A DNA stretch of 64,000 nucleotides, taken from contig JAFDZF010000035.1 in assembly GCA_018267055.1 (NCBI GenBank), positions 21,752 through 85,751 of the forward strand, given 5' to 3'. This DNA comes from Bacteroidota bacterium. GTDB taxonomy: Bacteria > Bacteroidota > Bacteroidia > Flavobacteriales_F > PHOS-HE28. Under the pieces are notes generated by a model. That model saw only the letters and a list, made by a program, of their open reading frames with translations. It had not been told where the DNA came from and did not search any database. Positions 35,353-44,263 of this stretch are shown here, in pieces. Positions within the stretch are counted from its first letter, which is position 1. Every line of letters starts with the position of its first letter. Position numbers and translations under genes: made by a program.

Positions 35353-36555
35353 TCACGCCCGCGTGCGCCGCAGCCACCGCGGCAGCACCACCGCACCGGC
35401 GAACAGGTAGAGGTAGTAGGTGAGCAGGCGCCAGAGGATGGCCACCACCACCAGCAGCGCGCCGGCCGGCAGCAGGTCGCGCATGAAGCCGACGAAGGCG
35501 AACTCCGCGGCGCCGCTCGCGCCGGGCGTGGGGCTGATCAGCAGCACCACCCACAGCACGATCTGCCGCGCGTACATCAGGGCATGGCCGCTCACGGGGA
35601 AGAAGGCGGCGGCGATGAAGTTGAGCACGAGGAAGCGCGCGCCCCATGAGCACCAGGTGGCGGCGATGGCCTTCAGCCAGAACCCCACGGAACGGCCCTT
35701 GAACTCGTCCGACGCCGAGATGAGGTCATCGCCCGCCTCGGCGATGCGCGGGCGCAGCCGGCGCAGCCAGCGGTGCTTGAACAGGTTCACCAGGAAGAAC
35801 TTGATCGCGCGCGGCCGGAAGAACACCGCGTAGAACACGGTGAGCTTCATCACCGCGATGAAGATGTAGCCGACCCAGAACAGCGCCTGGATGGGCAGGC
35901 CCCAGAGCGCCTGGTCGAGCTGCGGCGGGAAGAGCCGGTCGATGCCCACCTGGAAGAACACCAGCGGCGCGAACACCAGGAAGAAGAGCTCGTCCAGCAT
36001 GGCCGTCACCAGCACGATGGCCGCGCTGCGCCCCAGCGCGATGCCGTCGCGCGCGATCACATAGATGGCCACGCTGGTGCCGCCCAATACCGCCGGGGCC
36101 ACCGCCGTGGCGAACTCCCACAGCGCCGTGATCTCGAACGACCGCCGCCAATCCAGCTCGCCGCGCGTGAGGATGCGCAGGCGCAGCATATAGCCCAGGT
36201 CGCGCAATGCATTGGCGATGAGCGCGCACACCAGCATGAGGGCGCCGAAGCGCGTGAGCTGCAGCGTCCGCAGGCGGTCCACACCGCTCACCCGGCGGTA
36301 GTCGCCGTGCGCATCGGCCACGAACTCCTGCGGGTCGTCGACGTCCACCACCCCGTTGCCGTTCCGGTCGGTCCAGCGGTGGTCGCCGGTGCCCGCGGGC
36401 ACCGGCTCGAAACCCGCGTGGCGGAGCTCGCCCCAGAGCAGCGCGCCCACGGCGAACACGCCGATGACCATCGGCAATAACAGCTTCCACGTGCGGAACG
36501 ATCGCCGCAATTCCCCCTCCGCCGGTGCGTCCGGACGTGCCTCTACCTTCGCCAT
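35353..36555 (-). CDS. Lysylphosphatidylglycerol-synthase-TM-region (UPF0104, flippase-like) membrane protein
   Basis: Polytopic membrane protein. The family call rests on overall architecture and recall. An Asp-rich DRNGNGVVDVDDPQEF loop follows TM1. Confidence 0.7.
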   Translation of the reverse strand: MAKVEARPDAPAEGELRRSFRTWKLLLPMVIGVFAVGALLWGELRHAGFEPVPAGTGDHRWTDRNGNGVVDVDDPQEFVADAHGDYRRVSGVDRLRTLQLTRFGALMLVCALIANALRDLGYMLRLRILTRGELDWRRSFEITALWEFATAVAPAVLGGTSVAIYVIARDGIALGRSAAIVLVTAMLDELFFLVFAPLVFFQVGIDRLFPPQLDQALWGLPIQALFWVGYIFIAVMKLTVFYAVFFRPRAIKFFLVNLFKHRWLRRLRPRIAEAGDDLISASDEFKGRSVGFWLKAIAATWCSWGARFLVLNFIAAAFFPVSGHALMYARQIVLWVVLLISPTPGASGAAEFAFVGFMRDLLPAGALLVVVAILWRLLTYYLYLFAGAVVLPRWLRRTRA

Positions 36556-36605
36556 GTCGTTGCGGTCACAAGGTATCCGGTCACCGCGATCGCCCTGTCC
36601 CCACC

Positions 36606-37499
36606 ATGGACCGTCGCTCGCTGGCCGGTGTGGCCCTCTTCGTGGTCAACCTGCTCTACGGCATCAACTACGTGGTGGCCAAGGGCCTCATGCCCGTGGT
36701 CATCGGCCCTTCCGGCTTCATCCTGCTGCGCGTGCTGGGCGCGGCGGTGCTCTTCTGGGGCGTGTGGTGCTTCCGGCGGCAGCGCATGGCGTGGAGCGAT
36801 GCCCCGCGCCTGCTGCTCTGTGCGGTGTCCGGCGTGGCGGTCAACCAGCTGATGTTCTTCCACGGCCTTATGCGCACCTCGCCGGTCCACGCGAGCATCA
36901 TCATGGTGGCCACGCCCATCCTCGTGCTGGTGCTCAGCGGCGTGCTGCTCGGCGAGCGCATCACCTGGCTGAAGGCGGGCGGCGTGGCCCTGGGCGCGGC
37001 AGGCGCAGTGGTGCTCATCGCCGCGCGCTCGTCCGGCGGGGTGGAGGCCACGAAGCTCGGCGACCTGTTCATCCTCATCAACGCCACGTCCTATGCGGTG
37101 TTCCTCGTGATGGTGAAGCCGCTGATGGTCAAGTACGACGCGGTGACGGTGATGGCCTGGTGCTTCCTCATCGGCTCGGTCATCGTGGTGCCGTTCGGCC
37201 TGGGTGACCTGGGCGCGGTGCAGTGGGCCGCACTGACGGGCGTGCAATGGGGCGGCCTGGCCTTCGTGGTGCTCATGGTCACCTTCATGGCCTACCTGCT
37301 CAACACCTGGGCGCTGCGCCACGTGCATCCCAGCGTGGCGGGCACCTTCATCTACCTGCAGCCCGTGCTCGCACTGATCGCCACCTGGGTGATGACCGGG
37401 GCGCTCGGCATCGGCGTGCCGCAGGTGCTCGCAGCGGCCTGCGTCTTCACCGGCGTGTACCTCGTGGGTCGCGCGGACCGCATCAAGGGCGAGGGGTGA
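36606..37499 (+). CDS. DMT superfamily (EamA-type) transporter
   Basis: Ten-TM pattern with two EamA repeats. The N-terminus is MDRRSLAGVALFVVNLLYGINYVVAKG. Confidence 0.85.
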   Translation: MDRRSLAGVALFVVNLLYGINYVVAKGLMPVVIGPSGFILLRVLGAAVLFWGVWCFRRQRMAWSDAPRLLLCAVSGVAVNQLMFFHGLMRTSPVHASIIMVATPILVLVLSGVLLGERITWLKAGGVALGAAGAVVLIAARSSGGVEATKLGDLFILINATSYAVFLVMVKPLMVKYDAVTVMAWCFLIGSVIVVPFGLGDLGAVQWAALTGVQWGGLAFVVLMVTFMAYLLNTWALRHVHPSVAGTFIYLQPVLALIATWVMTGALGIGVPQVLAAACVFTGVYLVGRADRIKGEG

Positions 37500-37506
37500 G
37501 CCGGGC

Positions 37507-37514
37507 TACATTTG
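37507..37514 (+). promoter_or_regulatory. Candidate -7 promoter box (TACATTTG) for yicC-gmk-nadD
   Basis: Matches TAnnTTTG, 20 nt upstream of the ATG at 37534. Motif match only. Confidence 0.35.
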
Positions 37515-37533
37515 CGCGACCCATCCGCAACAT

Positions 37534-38403
37534 ATGCTGCGCTCCATGACCGGCTTCGGCCGCGCCGAAGGACCCGTGAACGAGAAGAAGGTGACCGTGG
37601 AGGTGCGCTCGCTCAACAGCAAGCAGCTCGACCTGCTGGTCAGAGTGCCGGGCGCCTTCCGCGAGAAGGAGGCCGAGCTGCGGCAATGGGCCGTGGAGCG
37701 CATCGTGCGCGGCAAGGCCGAGCTGCACGTGAGCGCGGAGGCCCTGCGGACGACCAAGCGCACGGCGTTCAATGCCGACCTGGTGCGGGCCTACCACGAG
37801 GAGCTGCGCGCCCTCGCACAGGAGATCGCGCCCGAAGCGCACACCGACCTGCTGGGCCACGTGCTGCGCATGCCCGACGTGATGAACACCGCCCGCGAGG
37901 AGCTCGACCCGGCGGAGTGGACGGCGGTGATGGCGCTGGTGACCGAGGCCCTGCGGGCCTTCAACGGCTTCCGGGAGGCGGAGGGCGTGAAGCTCCGGGA
38001 GGAGCTGGCGGCGCGCACGCGGAACATCACCGCCCTGCTCGGCGAGGTGGAGGGCCTGGACAAGGGCCGTGCGGAGCGCACGCGCGAGCGCATCCTGGCC
38101 CGCCTGCAGGAGCTGAAGGCCGATGTGGACCAGGACCGCCTGGAGCAGGAGCTGGTGTTCTACCTGGAGAAGCTGGACATCACCGAGGAGAAGGTGCGGC
38201 TGAAGGCCCATTGCGCCTACTTCCTGGAAACGCTGGACAATGAGGACCAGCAGGGGCGGAAGCTCGGCTTCATCTCCCAGGAGATGGGCCGCGAGATCAA
38301 CACCCTGGGCAGCAAGTGCAACGACGCGGCCATGCAGAAGCACGTGGTGCTGATGAAGGACGAACTGGAGAAGATCAAGGAACAAGTGCTGAACGTCCTC
38401 TGA
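37534..38403 (+). CDS. yicC: YicC family stress-induced protein
   Basis: MLRSMTGFGRAE...C-terminal REINTLGSK...EQVLNV, characteristic of YicC. Confidence 0.9.
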   Translation: MLRSMTGFGRAEGPVNEKKVTVEVRSLNSKQLDLLVRVPGAFREKEAELRQWAVERIVRGKAELHVSAEALRTTKRTAFNADLVRAYHEELRALAQEIAPEAHTDLLGHVLRMPDVMNTAREELDPAEWTAVMALVTEALRAFNGFREAEGVKLREELAARTRNITALLGEVEGLDKGRAERTRERILARLQELKADVDQDRLEQELVFYLEKLDITEEKVRLKAHCAYFLETLDNEDQQGRKLGFISQEMGREINTLGSKCNDAAMQKHVVLMKDELEKIKEQVLNVL

Positions 38404-38406
38404 GCC

Positions 38407-38985
38407 GTGACCTTCGCCACCACCGGTAAGTGCATCATCGTGTCAGCCCCGTCCGGCGCGGGCAAGACCACCATCGTGCGGCACCTGCTCGCGCAGGAGC
38501 TCGGCCTCGCCTTCTCCGTCTCGGCCACCAGCCGCCCGAAGCGCGACTACGAGGTGGAAGGCCACGATTACTACTTCATCACCTCCGACGCGTTCCGCCA
38601 GCGCATCGTGGACGGCGCCTTCGTGGAATGGGAGGAGGTGTACCCGGGCCGCTTCTACGGCACCCTGCGCACGGAGATGGCGCGGATCTGGGCCGAGGGA
38701 CGCACGCCCATCTTCGATGTGGACGTGGTGGGCGGCCTGCACCTCAAGGGCATCTTCGGGGAGAACGGGCTGGCCCTGTTCATCGCGCCGCCCTCGCTGG
38801 ACGCCCTGGAAGAGCGCCTGCGCCTGCGCGGCACCGAGACCCCCAAGACCCTGACGGACCGGGTGGACAAGGCCGTGCACGAGATGACCTACGCGCCGCG
38901 CTTCGACGCCGTGGTGATCAACGACGACCGTGACCGGGCCTGTGCCGAAGCGTACCAACGGGTGCACGATTTCCTGCACGCATGA
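38407..38985 (+). CDS. gmk: Guanylate kinase
   Basis: GTG start. SAPSGAGKTT P-loop and SATSRPKRDYEVEGHDYYF. Confidence 0.9.
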   Translation: MTFATTGKCIIVSAPSGAGKTTIVRHLLAQELGLAFSVSATSRPKRDYEVEGHDYYFITSDAFRQRIVDGAFVEWEEVYPGRFYGTLRTEMARIWAEGRTPIFDVDVVGGLHLKGIFGENGLALFIAPPSLDALEERLRLRGTETPKTLTDRVDKAVHEMTYAPRFDAVVINDDRDRACAEAYQRVHDFLHA

Positions 38986-39572
38986 CCATCGGTTGCCTGT
39001 TCGGGTCCTTCGACCCACCGCACAGCGGCCACATCGCCATCGCCGAGCACATGCTGCGCACGCAGGGGCTCGACCAGGTATGGCTGGTGGTGACGCCCCA
39101 GAACCCGTTCAAGCAGGACCGCAAGCTGAGCCCCGAGCAGCACCGCCTGGCCATGGCGCGGCTCGCCGTGCAGGGCCATGCCGGCCTGAGCGCGAGCGGC
39201 CTCGAGCTGGACCTGCCGCGGCCCAACTACACGGTGGACACCCTGGCCTTCATGCGCCAGCGCTGGCCGCAGCACCGCTTCTCGCTCATCATCGGCAGCG
39301 ACAACCTGGCCTCCTTCCATACGTGGAAGGACGCGAACGTCATCCTGGAGCACCACCGCGTACTGGTGTACCCGCGGCCGGGGGTGGACGAGCACCTGGC
39401 GCAGGCCGACCTGCTCTACCACAAGGCCATCACCTTCGTGCCCGACGCGCCGCTGCTGGACGTGTCGTCCACGGGCATCCGCGTCCGCCTGCGCAACTGG
39501 AAACCGGTGGACGGGCTGGTGGCCCCGGAGGTACTGGCCTACATCCGCCAATACGGCCTCTATGCGGACTGA
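38982..39572 (+). CDS. nadD: Nicotinate-nucleotide adenylyltransferase
   Basis: GSFDPPHSGHIAIA (HxGH motif) and a C-terminal ISSTxIR-like VSSTGIRVR. Overlaps the gmk stop by 4 nt. Confidence 0.9.
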   Translation: MTIGCLFGSFDPPHSGHIAIAEHMLRTQGLDQVWLVVTPQNPFKQDRKLSPEQHRLAMARLAVQGHAGLSASGLELDLPRPNYTVDTLAFMRQRWPQHRFSLIIGSDNLASFHTWKDANVILEHHRVLVYPRPGVDEHLAQADLLYHKAITFVPDAPLLDVSSTGIRVRLRNWKPVDGLVAPEVLAYIRQYGLYAD

Positions 39573-40210
39573 ACCTCGGCGAGCTCGCGGACGCCGGTCT
39601 TCCACATCAGGTGGTCGCACAGCACGCCCAGAGCCTTGTCGAAGCGCTCCTCGTTGATTACGTGCAGGTCGCACTGCGAACGGTAGGGCAGCAGGTAGTC
39701 CCGGTGGGCCGGCAGCACGTGGTGCTCCCACTGGTACCGGATGTCGTCGTGGCTGTAGCCCCGCTCGCGGATGTCGCGGGCCAGGCGGCGGTCCAGCTGC
39801 ACCCCGTCGCTGGCCTCCACGAACACCTTCAGGTCGAAGAGGGCGCGGACCCCCGGATGGTGCAGCACGAAGAGGCCTTCCACCAGGATGATGCGCGCCG
39901 GGCCGATCTCCATCCACCGGGGCTCCGCACCGGGCAGGTTGAAGGTGTACTCGGGCCGGTAGATGGGCTCGCCCTGGAGCAGGGAACGGAGGTCGCGCTC
40001 CAGCAGGTCCAGGTCCACCGAACCGGGCAGGTCGAAGTTGACCTTGCCATTGGCATCCGTGACCTGCCGCTCGATGGGGTGGTAGTAATCGTCCTGGGAC
40101 ACCAGGCACACCGTACCGGAAGGAAGCCGATCGCGCAGGGCGCGGATCAGGGTGGTCTTGCCCGATCCACTGCCGCCGGCCACACCCACGAGGTAGGCTC
40201 CGCGATGCAT
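39560..40210 (-). CDS. udk: Uridine kinase
   Basis: The internal ATG gives MHRGAYLVGVAGGSGSGKTT (P-loop), then DDYYH, FDLPGSVD and EGLFVLH. The 3' end overlaps nadD convergently by 13 nt. Confidence 0.9.
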   Translation of the reverse strand: MHRGAYLVGVAGGSGSGKTTLIRALRDRLPSGTVCLVSQDDYYHPIERQVTDANGKVNFDLPGSVDLDLLERDLRSLLQGEPIYRPEYTFNLPGAEPRWMEIGPARIILVEGLFVLHHPGVRALFDLKVFVEASDGVQLDRRLARDIRERGYSHDDIRYQWEHHVLPAHRDYLLPYRSQCDLHVINEERFDKALGVLCDHLMWKTGVRELAEVQSA

Positions 40211-40362
40211 CGGACGCGAATATAGGGCGGGCCGCCATCGCAGTGCCAGTGCGGCGAGGACCACCGGACGGCGGCGGCCCCGACCCCGGGCCGGACGGGT
40301 GCCGATGCAATTTGGCACGGTGGTTGGAAGTTGTATGGGCAGACCCATTGACCCCGAACGCC

Positions 40363-40503
40363 ATGTTCAGCCACGCGAAACGCTACTTGACCCTGAAGCG
40401 GGAGGCCACACGCCTGATGATGGCCGGTGACGTACGGCGCTACATGCGCGCCCTGCGATTGATGAGCGATCTGCGGTCCCGCCCCGGGATGGCCGCGGCT
40501 TGA
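40363..40503 (+). CDS. Small (46 aa) basic helical protein, possibly Lacal_2735-like
   Basis: ATG at 40363, sequence MFSHAKRYLTLKREATRLMMAGDVRRYMRALRLMSDL. A strong terminator follows. The family call is from memory and is tentative. Confidence 0.5.
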   Translation: MFSHAKRYLTLKREATRLMMAGDVRRYMRALRLMSDLRSRPGMAAA

Positions 40504-40554
40504 CGAGATGGGACGGTGCCCTCCCCTCGGGCCCTCCCAGGTTTTGGTGAAAGG

Positions 40555-40598
40555 CCGCAGCGGGCCCCCGAGCGATCGGGGCGCCCGCTGCGGTTTTT
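40555..40598 (+). terminator. Rho-independent terminator
   Basis: CCGCAGCGGGCCCCCGA / TCGGGG(C)GCCCGCTGCGG hairpin followed by TTTTT. Confidence 0.7.
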
Positions 40599-40685
40599 CG
40601 GGGGTGCCCTCAGGCGGGGCGCGGGCTGCAGCGGGGATCCCGGTCCGATGGATCCTTTTGGCCCCCGCCTCCGTAGAAGGTGACC

Positions 40686-40862
40686 ATGACGAAGAAGGAT
40701 AAGATAGCCTTCATCAAGAGCAGCAAGCGCAAGACGCATGTCTACAACGACCTGCACCGGTTCTCGGACCAACAGCTGAACGAGCTGATCCGGGAGATCG
40801 TGCAAGGGTTGGTGCGGGAAAGCGAGATCATCGCCAACGCCTACATCAACGGCTATCGTTGA
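40686..40862 (+). CDS. Small hypothetical protein (58 aa)
   Basis: MTKKDKIAFIKSSKRKTHVYNDLHRFSDQQLNELIREIV... with G/C-rich third positions. It is bracketed by two terminators. Confidence 0.5.
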   Translation: MTKKDKIAFIKSSKRKTHVYNDLHRFSDQQLNELIREIVQGLVRESEIIANAYINGYR

Positions 40863-40910
40863 ACGCATGCCACCGCGCTGGCCTCGGGATAAGGCTGGAA
40901 CACACAGGTA

Positions 40911-40941
40911 AAAAGGCCTCGGCGACCGCCGGGGCCTTTTT
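40911..40941. terminator. Bidirectional terminator hairpin between convergent genes
   Basis: AAAA-GGCCTCGGC-GACC-GCCGGGGCC-TTTTT, a hairpin with one G-U pair. The A-run and T-run flanks fit termination from both strands. Confidence 0.62.
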
Positions 40942-42541
40942 ACTTCCGCTGGGGCTTGCCGGCTGGTGGTGGCGGGGTGCGCTTCACGGCCCCGTTCTCG
41001 TACTCGGTCCGTTTCACCACCTTCCCGTCGATGCCGTAGATGGTCATGGTGCCGTGCAGCCGGCCGGCCTTGTAGGTCATCTCCTGCACCACCCGGCCGC
41101 GCTGGTCGTACACCACGCACTTGCCTTCGGGCTCCCCGTTGAGCAGGGTCTGCTCGCGCATCTTCACCCCGGCGTCGTCGTAATAGGTCCAGGGACCGGA
41201 AGGCTTGTTCTCCACGTACATCCCCTCGCTGATGGGCGTCCCGTGCGTGTTGTACGCGGTCCAGCGCCCGCTCTTGAGGCCGGCCTTGAAGCCGCCGTCC
41301 TCCTTGATGCGGCCGTTCTCGTACCAGGCCTTCCAGGGGCCGTCCTTCTCGTCGTTCTTCCAGAGGGCCTGGTACTCGGGCTTCCCGTCGGGCAGCCAAC
41401 CCTGCCAGCTTCCGTTCATGCGCCCGGCGGTGAAGTGGCCCACGTCCTTCGGCTGGCCGCCCTCGAACCAGCTCTTCCATTCCCCGTCGGCCTGGCCGTT
41501 CAGGTAGGCGCCCTCCTGCAGCTTGTTGCCGTTCTCGTACCAGGTGGTCCACAGGCCGTCCTTCTGCCCGGCCTTCCAGGTGCCGCGCTTCCAGTTCTGG
41601 CCGCCCTCGTAGTAGTAGAGCCATTCGCCCTCCTGCTTGCCGGCGCGGTAGAGCCCGGTGGAGCTCAGCTGCCCCGAGGGGTACCAGTACTTCCACAGGC
41701 CGTCCTGCTCCCCGGCCTTGAAATGGCCCAGCATGTCGCGGGCACCGGCGGTGGTGTACCAGGTCCACACGCTGTCCTTCCGGTCGTTGGCATAGAAGCC
41801 GGTGGTGTTCACCTGCCCGTTCTCGAAGTACACGGCGTAGGGCCCTTTCAGCTTGCCCTTGTCGTAGGTGGCCTCCTTTTCCTTGCGGCCATTGGAATGC
41901 CAGTAGGTCCAGAGGCCGGTGCGCACCCCGGCGATCCATCCGCCCTGCACCTTGGCGTTGCCGGCCGGCCACAGCTCCTTCTGCTCCCCGCTCCGGACCC
42001 CGTAGTGGTAATGCGTCTCTTCGGCCAGGGATCCGCTGGGGTAGTAGGTGCGGACGAGCCCCTCGCCCTTCACCAGGGTCTGCGTGCTGTCCCGGTCCCA
42101 GGCCTCCAGGCTCAGGCATACGCTGTCCTCCCAGAGCTCCTTCAGCATCGGTGCGCCGTTGGGGTACCAATAGCTCCAGGGGCCCTGCTTCACCCCTTTG
42201 GCATAGGCCCCCTCCTCCATCGGCTGGCCGCTGCGGTAGTAGGAGCGCATCAGGCTGTCCTGCGCCCCGCGGTGGATCCAGCCATCGTGCTGCACCTGGC
42301 CGTTGTCGTAGTAGATCACCACGTGGCCGTCGCGCGCGCCGCTCTTGAAATCGGCCTTCTCGGTGAGGCGGCCGTCACGGTCCCAGAACTTCCATTCGCC
42401 CCACTCGCGGCCGTTCACGAACAGGCCCTCGCTGCGCTTCTTCGTCCGCAGGCTGTCCCAGTGGTCCACGTACGGCTGGACGGGCTGGGCGGACGCCGTG
42501 CACACGCACAGCAGCAGGAGCGGGAAGAGGACGGTGCGCAT
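40940..42541 (-). CDS. Secreted MORN-variant (YwqK-type) repeat protein
   Basis: Signal peptide MRTVLFPLLLLCVCTASAQ. More than 15 tandem repeats of about 23 aa of the G.W..Y..NG....EG.Y..G...G.W type follow. Confidence 0.85.
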   Translation of the reverse strand: MRTVLFPLLLLCVCTASAQPVQPYVDHWDSLRTKKRSEGLFVNGREWGEWKFWDRDGRLTEKADFKSGARDGHVVIYYDNGQVQHDGWIHRGAQDSLMRSYYRSGQPMEEGAYAKGVKQGPWSYWYPNGAPMLKELWEDSVCLSLEAWDRDSTQTLVKGEGLVRTYYPSGSLAEETHYHYGVRSGEQKELWPAGNAKVQGGWIAGVRTGLWTYWHSNGRKEKEATYDKGKLKGPYAVYFENGQVNTTGFYANDRKDSVWTWYTTAGARDMLGHFKAGEQDGLWKYWYPSGQLSSTGLYRAGKQEGEWLYYYEGGQNWKRGTWKAGQKDGLWTTWYENGNKLQEGAYLNGQADGEWKSWFEGGQPKDVGHFTAGRMNGSWQGWLPDGKPEYQALWKNDEKDGPWKAWYENGRIKEDGGFKAGLKSGRWTAYNTHGTPISEGMYVENKPSGPWTYYDDAGVKMREQTLLNGEPEGKCVVYDQRGRVVQEMTYKAGRLHGTMTIYGIDGKVVKRTEYENGAVKRTPPPPAGKPQRK

Positions 42542-42547
42542 CGGTCC

Positions 42548-42555
42548 CAAAAGTA
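42548..42555 (-). promoter_or_regulatory. Candidate -7 box (TACTTTTG) immediately upstream of the MORN gene
   Basis: The reverse complement of CAAAAGTA matches TAnnTTTG. It is only 6 nt from the ATG at 42541, which would imply a leaderless or near-leaderless mRNA, or a different start. Confidence 0.3.
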
Positions 42556-42699
42556 GGGGCGGGTCCTGCCGCCCTTCGGGGAACAACGCGGAAGCATCCA
42601 CGGTGGTGTGCGCACAACTACGGGCCGCACCGCAGGCGGATCACGGCCGGCCACGGATGCCCCGGGGCGGGTGGTGCGGGGACTTTTGGCCCGCTCCTC

Positions 42700-43869
42700 A
42701 TGGCTTCCGCCGCTGTGAACGAACACACGATCCTTTCCCGGGCCTGCGCCCTCGCTCTGCTCTGCCTGGCCACACTGGTGGTGCTGGGGCAGGTGGTGGA
42801 CGAGGACCGGCTCCGCAAGCTCGTGCTGGAGGGCAGCACCGCACAGATCATCGACCTGGAGGCGCTGCCCGACGGGCATACCGTGCTGGCGAGCTGTGCG
42901 AAAGGTGCACCGCTGCTCCTCATCGATACGGCGGGCTGGCGCATCACGCGCACCTTCCCGGTAGACGGCTTCACCGACGGCGCGCACCTGAAGGTCTCCG
43001 CCGACGGCCGCTATGCGGTGCTGCTGGAGGAAGCCCGCGCCGGCGCGGACCCCAATGCCGATCCCGGGACGCGCGCGGCCGTGCTGGACCTGGCCACGGG
43101 CGCCCTGGTGCTCGACGTGCCGAAGGCGCGCGACGCCGAGCTGACGCCGGATGCCGGTCAGCTGGTCACACTGGGCGACGGGGCGGTGCAGGTCCGTCCG
43201 CTCACCGGCGAAGGGATGCGCGAGATCCCCCTGCCGATGGCCGCCCAGGCGATCGCGATCGCCCCGGACGGGCGCACGTTCGCCGTGAGCCACCGCCCCA
43301 CCGCGGCCGAGCTGGAGGCCGTGCCGAGCCTGCGCACGGACAAGAAAGCCCTGAAGCCGGCGCTGAAATACCGCCAGCTCGTGAGCTTCCATGCGCTCGC
43401 CGATGGCCGGCGCATCCGCACCGTGCCGGAGGTCTACGACGTGGTGAAGGCGCTGCGGTTCACCCGGGACGGCGCGCACCTGCTGGTGTACAGCGTCCCC
43501 GACACGCGGTGGCAGCCCGGTGCGGGCGACGGCGGCGTGATGCGCATCGGCCGTGTGGAACAGGTGGACGCGGCCTCCGGGACGCCCCTGCGCGCGGCCT
43601 GCATGAGCCGCATGAACGGGCCGCGCCTCGCCGTGAGCCCCGATGGCGCCACGCTCGCGCTCAGCAGCACCGAAGGCCGCAACAAGCGCCAGCTCGTCCT
43701 CTTCGACCTGGCCACGGGTGACACCCGGCTGATGATCGACCTCGCCCAGCGCCACCGCAACGACAAGGAGGAGGGCGAAACGCACGACGGCCGGCTCGGC
43801 TACGGCTGGCTCAATGACGGGCGCCTGCTGGTGGCGCAAGGCCATGACCTCGGATGCTACGCCCCCTGA
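42700..43869 (+). CDS. Hypothetical WD40-like (PD40-type) beta-propeller protein, membrane-anchored or secreted
   Basis: N-terminal hydrophobic segment ACALALLCLATLVVLG. Recurring SADGRY / APDGRTFAVS / SPDGATLALSS strands are typical of PD40 blades. Confidence 0.68.
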   Translation: MASAAVNEHTILSRACALALLCLATLVVLGQVVDEDRLRKLVLEGSTAQIIDLEALPDGHTVLASCAKGAPLLLIDTAGWRITRTFPVDGFTDGAHLKVSADGRYAVLLEEARAGADPNADPGTRAAVLDLATGALVLDVPKARDAELTPDAGQLVTLGDGAVQVRPLTGEGMREIPLPMAAQAIAIAPDGRTFAVSHRPTAAELEAVPSLRTDKKALKPALKYRQLVSFHALADGRRIRTVPEVYDVVKALRFTRDGAHLLVYSVPDTRWQPGAGDGGVMRIGRVEQVDAASGTPLRAACMSRMNGPRLAVSPDGATLALSSTEGRNKRQLVLFDLATGDTRLMIDLAQRHRNDKEEGETHDGRLGYGWLNDGRLLVAQGHDLGCYAP

Positions 43870-43871
43870 CC

Positions 43872-44240
43872 ATGCGCGCCCTCCGATCCATCCTCCTTCT
43901 TTCCCTGGCCCTGGCCTGTGCCGCCGGCACACAGGCCCAGCGGCCCGAACTCAACACGCAGGCCGACGTGGAAAAGCATGTCCATGACGTGCTCACCGCG
44001 GACAAGGCGCACGGCCGACTGGCGGAGCTGGCCGTTGCGCTCGGCCTGCGTGGATCGTTCACGTTCGACCTCACCGTGGGCGACAAGGGCGAGGCCGAGA
44101 CGGTGTTCCCCATCGCGAGCACCATCGAGCGCGTGGAGGACCGCAACCGCCTGAAGGACCTGCTCAAATCGATGCGCTTCGGCTGCAAGCTGCCGAAGAA
44201 CAAGCGCTTCAAGGTGCGCGAGACGCTCGATTTCCCCTGA
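43872..44240 (+). CDS. Small hypothetical secreted protein
   Basis: Signal peptide MRALRSILLLSLALACAAGTQAQ. It starts 2 nt after the preceding stop. Confidence 0.6.
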   Translation: MRALRSILLLSLALACAAGTQAQRPELNTQADVEKHVHDVLTADKAHGRLAELAVALGLRGSFTFDLTVGDKGEAETVFPIASTIERVEDRNRLKDLLKSMRFGCKLPKNKRFKVRETLDFP

Positions 44241-44263
44241 ACGGAAACCAACACCACACCCCC

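Noticed and set aside
40940-42541. Toxin-antitoxin module, suggested by the usual YwqK antitoxin label for MORN-variant repeat proteins.
   Set aside because: The protein has a signal peptide, is more than 500 aa of repeats, and has no adjacent small toxin-like ORF. The neighbouring genes are convergent or divergent and terminator-insulated.
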